DNA from: Marsupella aquatica
Taxonomy: Eukaryota > Plantae > Marchantiophyta
Direction: 5' to 3'
DNA length: 64,000 nucleotides
Assembly (NCBI GenBank): GCA_973895155.1
Contig: OZ316895.1
Coordinates: 6,158,687 to 6,222,686 of the forward strand
The notes beneath the pieces are model-generated. The model was not told the origin of the DNA. It searched no databases and saw only the letters and a program-made list of their open reading frames with translations. This document shows positions 34,143-46,915 of the stretch, piece by piece (the stretch's first letter is position 1; each line of letters opens with the position of its first letter). A program made the translations under genes and the position numbers.

Positions 34143-36039
34143 ATGGATCGACGTCTTGTGGTGAAATGTATGTGCGTCTACGCCCTGTTAAGATTGATGA
34201 CATCAGGCGTCTCCACGACTGCGCTAGATGTGCCTCCGAGACCAAAGTACCCGCTAGCAATATTTGCATTCGGGGATTCTATGATAGATCCGGGAAACAA
34301 CAACTTCATTCAGTCCCTAGCGAAGGCGAATATCCTCTACAACGGCATCGACTTTCCTCTGGGACCAACTGGCCGCTTCTGCAATGGGCGAACCGTGGTG
34401 GATGTCATATGTATATTTCAATGCTCCCATTCTTGCAAGTTTTTGTCGGAATTTGTTCACGAATTTCTGCAGTTCAAGCAAGCTTTTCGGATCTATGATC
34501 CATGCTTTCTATCTGGTCCCATGTAGGTGATATTTTCCAGGTCCCCTATCTTCCTGCCTATCTTGATCCACAAACAAACGGCTCCAAGATTCTTCACGGA
34601 GTGAACTATGCGTCAGGAGCGGCTGGCATTCTCGATGACACCGGGACGAATTTTGTAAGCTCGACGGAAAACTGCCTCTGACTAGTTTGCATGTAGTCCA
34701 TCTCGGTTATGGCTCGAGTATGTCCCTGCATTTAGTTTTAGAGCTCTCGTTCGAACTACATACCCGTCAGCAAGAACCGATTGGATTGCCCGGCCCTCGA
34801 GCTAGGTCCCGTCGCGTGTTCAGCAGAAGAAGTTGGTTCACTGATTGACTTTTGTCCGCCCTGTAGATCGCGACCGTGCCTATGGATAAGCAAATCGCAT
34901 ACCTTAGACACACTTTGGACGACATTAATCAGCAATTGGGAGAAGACGAATTCAGGACGCTTGTGAGCAAGTCACTACTGTTTATTGAGATAGGCAACAA
35001 CGACTTCATTAACAACTACTTCCTTTCAACAACAAATACCAGCAGCCTTTACACTCGTGCGGAGTTTACTTCGATTCTCATTGACAGATTCTCTGCGCAG
35101 TTGTCGGTAAGCTCGTCACTAAACCTTTTCAATCAGGCGCTAAGTCTTCAGGAATATCAATCGTAAGGGTTGATCGATTATGACTGATCTACTGTTAACC
35201 TGGACATCAGGTTCGAGAAACTTTTTAAAGTAGCTGTTCCGAGTGTTCCCCGAGATGCCCGTTTGTTTTAAATTTGCTGAGAGATCTTACAAGTAATGTA
35301 CTTCAGACGATTTCAGATTCACAGTTTGTTTCAAGGTAGAGTGCTCTTCTCTAGCTGGCAGGATTCCCAAAACACATAACGCGGTACTTGCAGGCATTGT
35401 ATTCATTAGGCTTCCGCAAAGTGTTCGTTGCTGGAGTCGGGCCCTTGGGATGCATTCCGCACCAGTTGGCCATTGCTCAATCGCCTCAATGCGTACAGAC
35501 AATCAACAACCACGTCCAGGAGTTTAACGATGGATTGAAGACACTACTGGATCAGCTTACAAGCACGCTTCCTGGCGTAATATTTTCGTTTGGCAATACC
35601 TACGGTTCCCTAATGTCCATCATTGCCGATCCCGCTGCTCATGGTACTATTCACCTTCAACCTCGCCGGTGATGAACTAGAGCATGAATGAACACGCAGT
35701 TCGAATCATTTGCGTAGAACTTGAAGCGAGTTTTTACAGCCAGCTGGTTCGGATTCCAGACGAGCAGCTAATGTTTTTGAGATGTCATTAACCCTTAATT
35801 AACGGATGTGCACAGGTTTCCAGGTTGCGAACGAAGGCTGCTGTGGAAGCGGTTTATACAGAGGCCAATTTTCGTGTCAGATGACGGCATTGATTTGTTT
35901 CAATCGGGACCAGTACGTGTTCTGGGACCCTTACCATACCACTGAAGCTGCCAACGTGGTCCTGGCAGACGAGCTTTATAACGGTGGGCCTGATCAGATC
36001 TCCCCAATCAACTTACATCAACTCATCGATCTGCCTTGA
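34143..36039 (+). CDS. GDSL esterase/lipase (SGNH), gene B, 369 aa; exons 34143-34410, 34527-34654, 34867-35106, 35394-35643, 35816-36039
   Basis: Motifs FAFGDSMIDPGNN, GVNYASGAAGIL, GNNDFINNY, GPLGCIP and FWDPYHTTE. GT-AG introns. 1110 nt in one frame. Confidence 0.95.
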
Positions 36040-39000
36040 TCGACATTAAGGCGTTCTGACATCGGACTGTCAGGCGAAGACTTGGAAGCGCGCATGACAA
36101 GGTCTTGCGATTTGACCTAAGCCGGTCGTCATTCACACACTGCTTTGGTTTGTTCACTATTTCGATTTCAAAGAGCGGAGCGGACTCGCATTTTCTAATG
36201 TACATTTGAACCCAATGGACTTGAGTAGATCATCTCAAGTGACTTAGTTGACTCCGACCTTTCTAGCTATGCACCATGCTCTTCTTCAGCATCAGATTTC
36301 TTGTAGCTGAAAGGGCTATGTGGACTCAAGTATCTAGACCTCGAGTAACATGACTAGCACTGCACCAGCTTTTTGGTAACTGGAACGACTAAGTTTGCAC
36401 AGCTAGCTCAGGACTCAAGACTGATCCAGCACCCGGACGAGGAGCTCGATCGAGATTACTTATGTAGACAGGGGTTCATGTAAGCAATTGAAGTCGATTT
36501 CGTTACTTCGAAGTACATGATAATTAAGCAAAATCTCATTGCACATGCATACTAGACCGCGCGCAGGACAATTGAAGTTCGTCACGGTCCATTCAGCTTT
36601 AATTGTGACATTTCTGTTAATTTGAGAAGGAGTGAGCCAACTCGTGCAAACGCGCGTGCGCGTAGCATCGATTGAATGCGACAGAAGTCTTTATCTGATG
36701 TTTCTGGAAAGCTGTCACTAGAAAACTTCTCACATGCACATGCTTCCTCCGTGATTTGTGAAACTCTTGCTTGTATCAACCCGAACAAGAGAGCAAAAGC
36801 CGGTCGAGTACGAGATCTTGCGCTTCGGATTAACAAGTTCTGTGCCCATGAAGGTTTAATATTTGCGTGACGGAGTAGTGAGCTTGATTCACTTTCCAGA
36901 TCGACTGAAGAAGTCCACGAGAATTGCATTAAGCCAAAATAGTTTCCAGAACAGATCTGTACGGTAGGAAATCAATCTCCGCAATCTCCGGAAAATCCGC
37001 GGAGGTCACGATTCTCTGCTTTCATGAAGTTGCGAGAAATGAAGGACAACAATGAGTGTAGGTTGTTGGTCTTTCATGTGAACAAACTGTCGATCGATAT
37101 TGTCCAATTTTGACGAGAACCCTGTGGTGTCTAGCCTAAAATTGATTTCATGAATGGCTGAGGAAGAAAACATGCCCACTGTTAGTGCTCCTAGAAGCTC
37201 GGCTGCCTTAGTAAATGTACTCATAGTAATAGGGGTTGAACCGACCATACCAGTAATGGCTTTTCCTATCAAACTCCCATAAAAGGTGAGAGACCCATCC
37301 TCTTAAAGAAAGCCAACCACCTTAACCACCTTACTGTAAGATTAAGATTAGAAGTTTAGGCCCAATCTAGAAATTCAAAATCTAGCAATCCGAAAAGATG
37401 CATTGGCAGCATGTGGGCTTTGGGTCTGTGGCAATGACCCACACTTTCCTGTAAGTTTAGGCTCAAATATATAAATCCAGAAATCTGAAAACTGCAATTG
37501 AACATATGCGTACTTTGGGGAGGACCCACTTTCTTCTAAGTTTAGGCACGAATCTACAAATTCCAAAATTAAGAAATCCAAAAAGTTACAATTGAGACAT
37601 GTGAACTTTGGGCCTCATGTGGCGATGACAGGTGCATTTGGGGTGGTGAGAAGTCAAGAAAATGGATATATGCTTTGAGAGGAAACCATAAATTTTTGCT
37701 TTATGGGCAGGTCTAATTGAGATTGAGGTGAGACCCAAACCCCTGCCTTATGGGCTTATAGGGCGGTTCGTCCCCCTATTCTTTGAAATTGGTAACTGGG
37801 TCACATAACCAGAGTAATGGGGTCCCCCCACCAAGATAGCGTGTTGAACAGGAGATTAAGACCAAAAGTAGACAGATTGTACTGGTGCATGGTGGATGAT
37901 GGCATAGTGTACGATGTACAAACAACTCACTGGCTCTGTTGCAAAGATCATGTTGAAGGCAAAGCTGTTCGTGCTAACGGGGTCCCAATTATACATGCTC
38001 GTCAATTTAGGTCCTACAATCCTGCTGTGTGGTCATCCGCGACACTCTCGATCCATCCTTAACCATAGTAGGGAATGCAGCTTTTCGAAGTGATTGAAGA
38101 CATTCGTTACCCCTTGGGACATGAACTCCGTATAGACACTCACAACTGTATATAGCCTCCTCATCCATCCGAGGCATATGTTTCTGATCTTCCAGGATAG
38201 TAATTACAATCTAGTCAGGGTGCATCGATCAGATGCTTCATCTTCCGCGCAACGAATACTTCTGACAGACAACCCAGCCAGCAATTATATTAACATTCTG
38301 ATCCTCACTATGGTGTCTGTTACCATCCTCACATTTCAAAAGATGACATTCGAGATGCTAAGTGCGTAGAAAAAGTCAATCGAACAATCGGCTTCGCTGT
38401 GGTCATCGCAGGCCTCAGCCCTTCGTGATGCCCCATCATATGCCCTTTCATGCAAGGCCAACAAAAAAAATGCTTTCGACAATAGATGCTAGCTATGCTG
38501 TTGGTACACAATCATTAGCCCAGTAGGGGTAACTATTGATTTATACTATGGTTCTCCGATCCGGGCACTTCCTAATCATTCACCGATCATTGATGGAGGA
38601 GGTTTCGTCTGTTCGAAGCTCGTCTGTACGTACTACAGAGGTCTCTCTGGGACAGTGGGACTGCGCCGTGACTCTTCCAAGGATTGCTCGCAGGTACTCA
38701 TGCACACCGATCAGTGATTCGGTGTTCACAAGTCGCCCACGGTTTTTGCTGTCAGTACTCTGTTGTGAATTCAGAAGTCATCAACTCTCGTGCAGTGGGT
38801 GACCTCTCGAGCTCTCGGCGAATGTACTCAACCCGTACTTGTCAGCAGTAGACCTTTGATCATACTTTGATTTGCATTCCTGTTTGACCTCACGATATAT
38901 ACAATCTCTAGACAAATCGTTTCGAAACGTGATTTTGCGCGTTCAATAGAAGCAATGTCATCGTCTGCTGTAGTTCACCCATTTATGGTGACCGGGTGTG

Positions 39001-39679
39001 CATCGTTATTGGCTCTCGAGTTCCTGTCTTTCTAGCGCACGCCACACAATAGGAGTTCTGCCTTTCTTTACCTTTCCCATTTTACGTCCTTCCTCACTCT
39101 GTCACTGATCCGGTTTAGAGTATGACATTAAGTTGAGAACTGTCCATATATCCTGACTTAGTGCACTTAACAAATTTTCTCTGACTGTTTAATGTTTAGT
39201 GCATTTATGGAGGTGAAAAATGCACAGGCAATATTTGGATGGGCGCATTATGGAATTTGTCCTCTACTTTTATTCATAACAGCGAAACAAGAAGTCCCTT
39301 TGGCTTTTATGAATATGCACTTGGTGATTTTCCTATTTGTAAAATTCAGCTTATTTAGGAAGGAAAATGCACAACAACATTTGGCTTAGCACAATATGGA
39401 ACTTATCCTGTACTTTCACTAAAATAGAGAGAAAATGGAAAATCTATTGGGCTTAGAAGTGTATTATGTGTTGTACCAGCATTGTGGAGGGACAGTAGCC
39501 CCTCATTAAAGCCTCGGCTAAAGCTGGTGGCCCACAAATGAATGCCCTATAAACAGGACGTTACTACAAATTTATGGTTATAGACAAGAGAGAATTGCTT
39601 AATATCATGGTCAAGTGAACCTAGTGTGGATTCACTAGTCACCTACCATTAGTGAACTTAGAATGACACTTCTGTATAT

Positions 39680-40250
39680 AGTGAATCTAAATTTCATGTT
39701 TTGTCTTATTCAGATTTTTTGTCCAGTATTTTGATTTTAATGTGCCTTAACAAAGTGAATCATTTGTATCAATTAGAGTTTGAATTAATTTGGACCCCTT
39801 TTAATTATAGTAAATTTATAGTATTTTTAATGTATTTGGCTCCCCCCATAAATGTTTAATTTTTTCTTTTCAATCATACCTTAGTGAATTCTCTCTTTCC
39901 TCATGAGAGTGAGAGAAATGAATTTTTCAGAAACAATGTGCACATCTGGTGTACTAAGTTGGCCTCATGGTTTTCTTTACAAACTTTATGGTTTTAATTG
40001 AGTTTACTGTCATTACCTAGAGGCAAAATCTGTACCATAAGTGCACAACTCTTACCTTTGTACTTTCTTGGTCATTATGTGCTTTTCTTTGCATGTGTAC
40101 TTATGGTTTTGTGTGTTATGTCACTCACTCTAAATATTAATTTCTTGGCATATACTTTACATCTCTTTATCATGAAATAAATTAGATGAATTGCATATCA
40201 CTACAAGACAAGAAAAAATAGGCCTGTTCCAGGATCAACATGCTACAATC
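39680..40250 (+). mobile_element. Dispersed ~570-bp AT-rich repeat, copy 1 (probable non-autonomous TE fragment)
   Basis: Colinear with 61405-62032: ttttgtcttat.cagatttt, gtgaatcatttgtat, catatcactacaagacaa, ccaggat.aacatgcta. Confidence 0.8.
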
Positions 40251-40620
40251 ACTAATGGTTAGAGCCAAAATTGTTGTAGTACGACCATCATGGTGAAGTG
40301 GATCTCAAGTGGATTCACTTGTTCCCTGTCAATATGGTTAGAGCTGACAGTCTTCAATTGGCTCTACAAGGATACTAAATGAGTGAATCCACCCAATCAT
40401 TTAGTATCATGATAGAGCCAGTTGAACATTGTTGGAGCCCATGGTGGAGTAGACTCACTCATTCACTATCACTTATGGTTTGAGCCAAAATTGTTGCGGA
40501 CCATGATGAAGTGGATTCACTTGTTTGCTATCACTTATGGTTAGAGCCCAAAATGTTGCAGACCATGGTCAAGTGTGTCTTGAGTCCATTCAGTCATTTG
40601 GAACTTAAGCTAGGCCAAAA
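40250..40620. repeat. Degenerate ~60-bp tandem array (atggttagagccaaaattgttg..ccat.atg.agtggattcactt)
   Basis: Five to six diverged copies, with a related unit at ~39605-39660. Confidence 0.65.
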
Positions 40621-43600
40621 TGTTGGCTCTACTTTGTATGAGGCCTAGATTGACAGGATGCAATGCTCAATTATGCCGTTAGGCGTTGGTTTTCCAGAGC
40701 ACCATAATTACTTGTTTGATTGCTTGACTTTTTATTATTTAAGTGTTCATTTTGAGGCAAACGAAAGTGTTGGCAGCCATTGATTACCAGGTCTTTCGAT
40801 CATAGAATCTGACTGAACCAATCTTCTTTCTTTCCTCCTTCTCAATCCTTTGTGCTACATCCTTCACCCTCAAGTTAAAATTTATATCATCCGGGGCCCA
40901 GAATTCTCCTGCATACATTGGAATGTGGTGCTATTGTCCCTGATTACCCTATCTTGGGATACATGACCCACTTTTGCAATCCTGCCACTGTTGACTTCAC
41001 TCCATCAGTCAATGTTTGATAACTTTATATTTCAATGAAATCTCAAGACATAGAACTATATATAGTTACTCAAATGAGATTGAGTGCAAAACTAACTAAG
41101 GTGGTTGCTTCTGTTTCTTCCTCCCTGCTTCTGTTCTCCAGGTAGTCATGGTTCCCCTCCTTGGGCTTCCCTTCCACTCTTTCATGCGCCCCTCTCTCTG
41201 GTCATCTGGTTGGGTAGGCCTTTGTTCTCCACTTCTCAGGGTGTGCTCCTCCCTCTAGTCAACCTTAATTGTTCTTTTCTGACCTGTCTCCTTCTATCAG
41301 ACAGGTTTGTGTTTTCTTTGCCGTATGAATAAAGTTTCTGGCCCTAGCCTTGGGCATTTGTGGAAAAAAAATAGCTAACTAAGGTGTACTGTGTGGGTCT
41401 AATAGAGCTTTCATATCTCAAATGAGAACTCAAGATCTAATACTATAATTACAGATGGAGATTGAAAACCATTGTCCTTGCAGTTTCATTCTAATAGAGA
41501 TGCAACATAGTTTTTTATCCCTCAATGGAAACTCAAGCTAGACCTAGTACTATTGTTATGAATGAGGCCGTCAAAGGGTGTACTTGTGTGGTTCTAATAG
41601 AGCTTTCATATCTCAAATGAGAACTGATTGACCACCTAGTAGTACATTGTGTATATAGTACAATAACAAATGAGACTGAAAATTATTGTACTTGATTGGT
41701 TCTAATATAGCTGGAGCACACTATTTCATACTCTCAAGTGAGCCCAATACCTGTGCATAACACCAAAAACTGTAAGAAAACCGTCAACTCTAGACTAGAA
41801 AACAATGCGGAACATGAGAGCACTCAATCTCACACTACACCAACAAGACATCACGATCATGGAGAAACTCCTGAAATATCCATAGCTCATGAGATTGAAC
41901 ATGACTCTAAAGGATGAGGAAGAGAATGCTCTCCCTCCAACCTATACCCCCCAAGGGGGACTAAGATGTGTGGGCCTAAATAAATAGATCTTATCCTGAG
42001 TAATCCAAGGTAAACTAATCCTAGTAAGGCCAACCTAACTAAAGTCAGGAACTCGAGTCAATTCCTAACAAAAACTGTTAAGGTAAGAGTGACAAAGAAG
42101 CTCACACAAGTGAGGCAAAGAATTTGTTCAGACATCTGATGTGCAATCAGTGCAAGGGTGTGTCTTCAAAACAAGGAATCCATTTGAGGCAAGAAGTGTA
42201 GTGGAGGCAAGGTAAACTTTTTGAGCCTTGAACAGTACATAAGTTATAGATTGAGTTAGATATATAGTTAGAAAGACATTGTAATTTAGTTTGGTTTTGA
42301 CTGTAAGCCATGCACAGTCTTGGGCAAAACCATGGATGGTTCTTACTTAGTCTATTTAAAATGTAGGATCAAATGATATTAGTAAATTGTAGGCGTTTAG
42401 GTGTGATAGGGTGTGCGATACCACTATAATAGGGCCTTTCAAAGCTTGGAAATTATGGATGATGACATTTTGTCATGAAGAAAAGGTCATAATGTTTTCA
42501 CAAGATTGTGACTGTACAAGTTTTTTTTTTCTTTCACCTGCCTCCTGTACCACACTGTCAGGCAGCCCCAAAAGTCTCCTGCCTTATTTTTGGTCACCAT
42601 ATTGCAGCATGTGTCTTGGCATCCCGGAGGCTTCCCGAATGTGTCCCAATCCGGTGCAAGGAGGGCAGGCAGGATATTTCCAGTGTGCAGAAGTGCATCT
42701 CAAAGTTTCTCTTCCCTGGTGAGTTTTGTGCCCGGAATGCCACAGACCCCATTGTGGGACTAAGAATTTTGTTCCCCACCAAAGTCACCTTTCAAGAATC
42801 ATTGCCATTCTACTGATGTGACCTGCCTCAAACCAAAAAACCTTTGGGTTGATTTCTCCCGGAAGTTGAGTTTGAGTTAGGGTTGCAGCCTGGCAGTTGA
42901 CCAAATAAAAATGAACAACTTTGAGAGGGCCTATTGTAAGGTCATCATGGGATTGAGGACACGGACATCACAACGACAAAGTACCACGGGGCTGGTTGAC
43001 TGTGGTGCACCCTAGGGTTTAGAGGGCACCTTGACGCCTTGCCGGGCACGTCAAATGTGCAAGGACCAACAAGTATCTTTTAAAAATCTGGCCTGGTCAG
43101 GAGTTGTTTCCTTGCAGGGGCCATCAAGTCCTCATCAAGTTTTTTGTTTTTATTACTTGACACATTATTATGGTCCCTGCTTATGCGCCAGCAACGCTCA
43201 AGTGTTCTGTACAGGTTCTCGAAAAGAGAGCTATCCAAGGACCAACTCCCCTTAGACCAACAATTACTGTCCTATGTGAGTTCTCCAAAAGTGGGTCCAT
43301 CCAAGCATCACCTTCTCACGGACCCCTATGTAGTGTTTTTATTTTGTCGAAAAGTGTTTAATGCGAGCACGCTCCATTAACTGTGGGAATGGTCTAATAA
43401 TTTCCTTCAACTAGGACTAAGTACATCATTTATTGCTGCTCTCTCAGATTCCTGAAGGAGATGGATGGCTGATATCTACGGTCAGTGTCAGCTGTCCATT
43501 CTGGATTTCTGGCCCACATTTTGAATGGTACAAGATAAGATTTATTACAGCTGACGCGGTTGTACTTCCTAATGGCAGGGATCCAAATGTGGGGAGCGTT

Positions 43601-43940
43601 TAAAGTTTAAAAACGTTTTCGCTGTTGCTCAGTTTTTAATTGTTGAAGCGTTTAATAAAAATGACTCGTCCGAGGCAAGGTCTGCTACCCACTGTACTGT
43701 ACATCCTTGGACTGGAGAATGCAAATCAGATCGCACTATTAGAAGGAAGATATACCATTTCACCACTCAGTCAGCTCAGATTTCAATTGTAGGTTGGTAC
43801 GAGGTGAGTGAGAGGCAGTGCAGTTGATTGAGCTGCAGCTGCATTTGCTTCAACATTAGTGCCCGCGGCGTCATCGAGTGAAACTCAGGTTGCCTCACAC
43901 ATTCCGTGCATTTGACTATGTGAGATTTCCAGCTCCGCTA

Positions 43941-44259
43941 GTGAATGAAGCGTGCTGTGTGTCGTGCTGAGGAGCTCCATGAGCTGCGTCGACCCATGAA
44001 ACCAGTAGAGCTCTGTTTGCCGCAGCTGCTAGAGAGCTCTTTAGCCTCAGTGTACGTGCGAGCTCGAGGTTTGGTTGAACCTCTACAGTCTACTGAAAGA
44101 GATTTCGGTTGTGAATGAAGCGTGCTGTGAGTCGTGCTGAGGAGCTCCATGAGCTGCGTCCCAGCTCGTGAAACGCATTAGAGCTCTGTCTATCGCAGCT
44201 GCTGCTCTCTTTGGTATCAGTGTACGTGCGAGCTCCGGTCTTGATCGAACCTCTACAGT
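43941..44259. repeat. ~170-bp tandem duplication about 0.8 kb upstream of gene C
   Basis: gtgaatgaagcgtgctgtg.gtcgtgctgaggagctccatgagctgcgtc...tcagtgtacgtgcgagctc...gaacctctacagt at 43941 and ~44111. Confidence 0.9.
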
Positions 44260-45080
44260 GGTGAAAACAAATTCGGTTTTTGAGGTATTCTGGCGTCGCA
44301 CTCTTTAAACTACTATCTAGACAACAACACTGTTACAGTCGATGTCTTGCATTCTGCCAGACTGCTGATTCAGATGAAGAAACGCAACCGGGTGGTGTTC
44401 CATCTCAGCTGTGAAGAGAACTTTATTTAGTCGTGAAAGAAGGCTGTACAGTAGTAGTGTAGGAAATATCAAAACTGAGTTTAATTCAACTCGTTCCCCA
44501 TATCAGTGCTCTAAACTTCTTCGGGTGAGACACTCGGACTATCTCGTACATCGATTGTAGGGGTCATCCATTAATTTTTCGATGTGAGGGTACACACGAA
44601 TGTAGTTTACTTTCTAGGTTTTTGATTGATATCTTGGCTTAGCTTGATAATGTGGATGCGTGGTTCAAAGTAGGGACATCACCGGACTTGAGACAGTTAC
44701 ATCAGGACTTTACCCACCGCTAGGATCATGAGAGAAGAGCATAACTTTACCTTGCCCCAGCTCAGGCTAGTCGAATCTCTTTCTAACTACCCCGGCAGCG
44801 AAACCACGTCCTTAAGTTCAAGTTTAGACCTAAGTCAGTCTCGCATTACATCTCCAAATGTCTTGCTATTGAAGTGCATCTCAATGCACCGCTAGCATTT
44901 CGGGCCTGAGTTATCAATATTCACTCTATTTTGTATTGACGGAGTATTGCCTTTCGTTTGCTGGTAACACTCTGGCTGCATCTGTCGAAGCATCTGAAAG
45001 TTGCGTACTCATGCCACGTAAATATTTACGCCCTGGCTTGGATGCAGGTCCTGCGAAGTCCAGAAGCATTGAAGCTCGAC

Positions 45081-46915
45081 ATGGGTCCCGTGCACGTGAA
45101 GTTCGTTGGAGCCCTTGTACTATGTTTGAGCGTGAGCTCGGTGGTTCGAGGACAGGTCCCACCGCCCTCAAAGATTGCTTACTTCATCTTCGGCGACTCG
45201 CTAGTAGATCCTGGCAACAACAACTACCTTCCGGCTGCGTTAGCTAAAGCTAACTTCCCCCAGAACGGAATAGACTTCCCTGCTGGACCGACAGGGCGAT
45301 TCTGCAACGGGCGCACTGTCGTGGACATTGTTTGTATGTCAGGACTCTTCTCTATGTCTACGTAGTTTTGCAAGTACTGACTCTATTCTTTTATCTGCTG
45401 ACGTTGTCCCCTTGTTCAGGTTCATTTCGGTCAATGCGTTTGAATGTGTGGGTTGTAGTCTTGTTTTGAGGACTTGGAGCTGTATGACCTCATCTCTGTT
45501 TTCTTGAACTTGCTCTCAGGTGATTTTATTGGCGTTCCGTACCCACCCCCTTACTTAGCGCCAGCTACGAAGGCTGGTCAAGGCATTCTACAAGGAGTGA
45601 ACTATGCTTCAGCTGCCGGTGGTATTCTGGATGCAACGGGTGGTAATTATGTAAGAGTCTCCCCTCCACGCCACACCGAACTTCTCCTTCCACTAGTGAA
45701 GGACGGGCGAAAATTTCTTGAGGCATTGGACTGTAGCACTCCTGCCATTCGTTCCCTTGCTCTTCCCGAGAAATCTAAAAGCCTCTCGGATGTCTCTCTA
45801 TGCACCTGTGTTTCTCATATGCATTTTCTGTTACAGTGGCAAGGTGGAATGGATGTGTAGAACTGCGCGAGAATGACTGATGGGTACTCACCAGTATTAG
45901 GTGTGGATGGAACATGCAGATTGAACGCATTGGGATGAATAAACAACTTGAATTCTTCACGAACACCCTGACCCAACTGCAGACGCAGATAGGAGTAGCA
46001 CAGACGAATACCTTACTGGCGACAGCACTCTGCACCCTTGTTATAGGAAGCAATGATTTCATCAACAACTACTTGCTGACAGACACAAACACCAAATATC
46101 AGTACGACACCCGTCAGTACAACATCCTTTTACTCAACAACTTAAACCAGCAGTTGACGGTAAGATTAAGTCCAAATCAATAACTTTCTTCTGCCAAACT
46201 AGATGTCCACAACATTGCGCCTGAGTCAATGTGATGACGCTACCGGGGTCACTAGATTTGGTCTAACTCACGGCAGTCGTTCTGTTTCAGACTCTGTACA
46301 ACTTTGGCTTCCGTAAGTTTACAGTATCGAATGTGGGGCCTCTCGGATGCATACCCAACCAGCTAGCTATAGCTAAGACGCCAAACTGCGTACTATCAAC
46401 GAACGCCCAAGTTCAGGATTTCAATGCCGGACTAGCCTCTATGCTGCCCCAGCTACAAGCCAGTCTAGCGGGGTCAACATTTTTGTATGCCAACGTCTAC
46501 GACACCGTGAACTCTTTTGTGGCCAACCCAACCAATTTCGGTGAGAGCAGAATCATGGTTCTCCACAGAATTACTCCTTCACTCCGATTTGGAGTGTGTT
46601 GTAGGTGAGAATAGCAGGGGAACTCCCATCGTCATAGCCACTTTCTTTAAATACATGTCAGCTGACTTGGTCTGGTTTTCTGATGCGCCTCCTGCAGGGT
46701 TTACCAGCGTTTTGTCATGCTGTGGATACGGATTATATGACGCACAGGCCCCATGTCTTCCGACGGCAACCCCGTGCACGGATCGAAGCAAATTCATTTT
46801 CTGGGACGGCTTCCATCCTACTGAAACTGCGAACGTCGTGCTGGCGCAGAGTCTGTGGACTGGAGGATTGGACACAGTCTCCCCTATGAATATCCAGCAG
46901 CTTCTGAACCTCTGA
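45081..46915 (+). CDS. GDSL esterase/lipase (SGNH), gene C, 363 aa; exons 45081-45333, 45520-45650, 45920-46159, 46291-46540, 46698-46915
   Basis: Motifs [41 protein letters not shown] and [13 protein letters not shown] introns. 1092 nt in one frame. Signal peptide present. Confidence 0.95.

Noticed and set aside
42411-43380. Overlapping Cys-rich short ORFs as a gene
   Set aside because: Fragmented across frames with no identifiable motif; may be TE debris but cannot be assigned.
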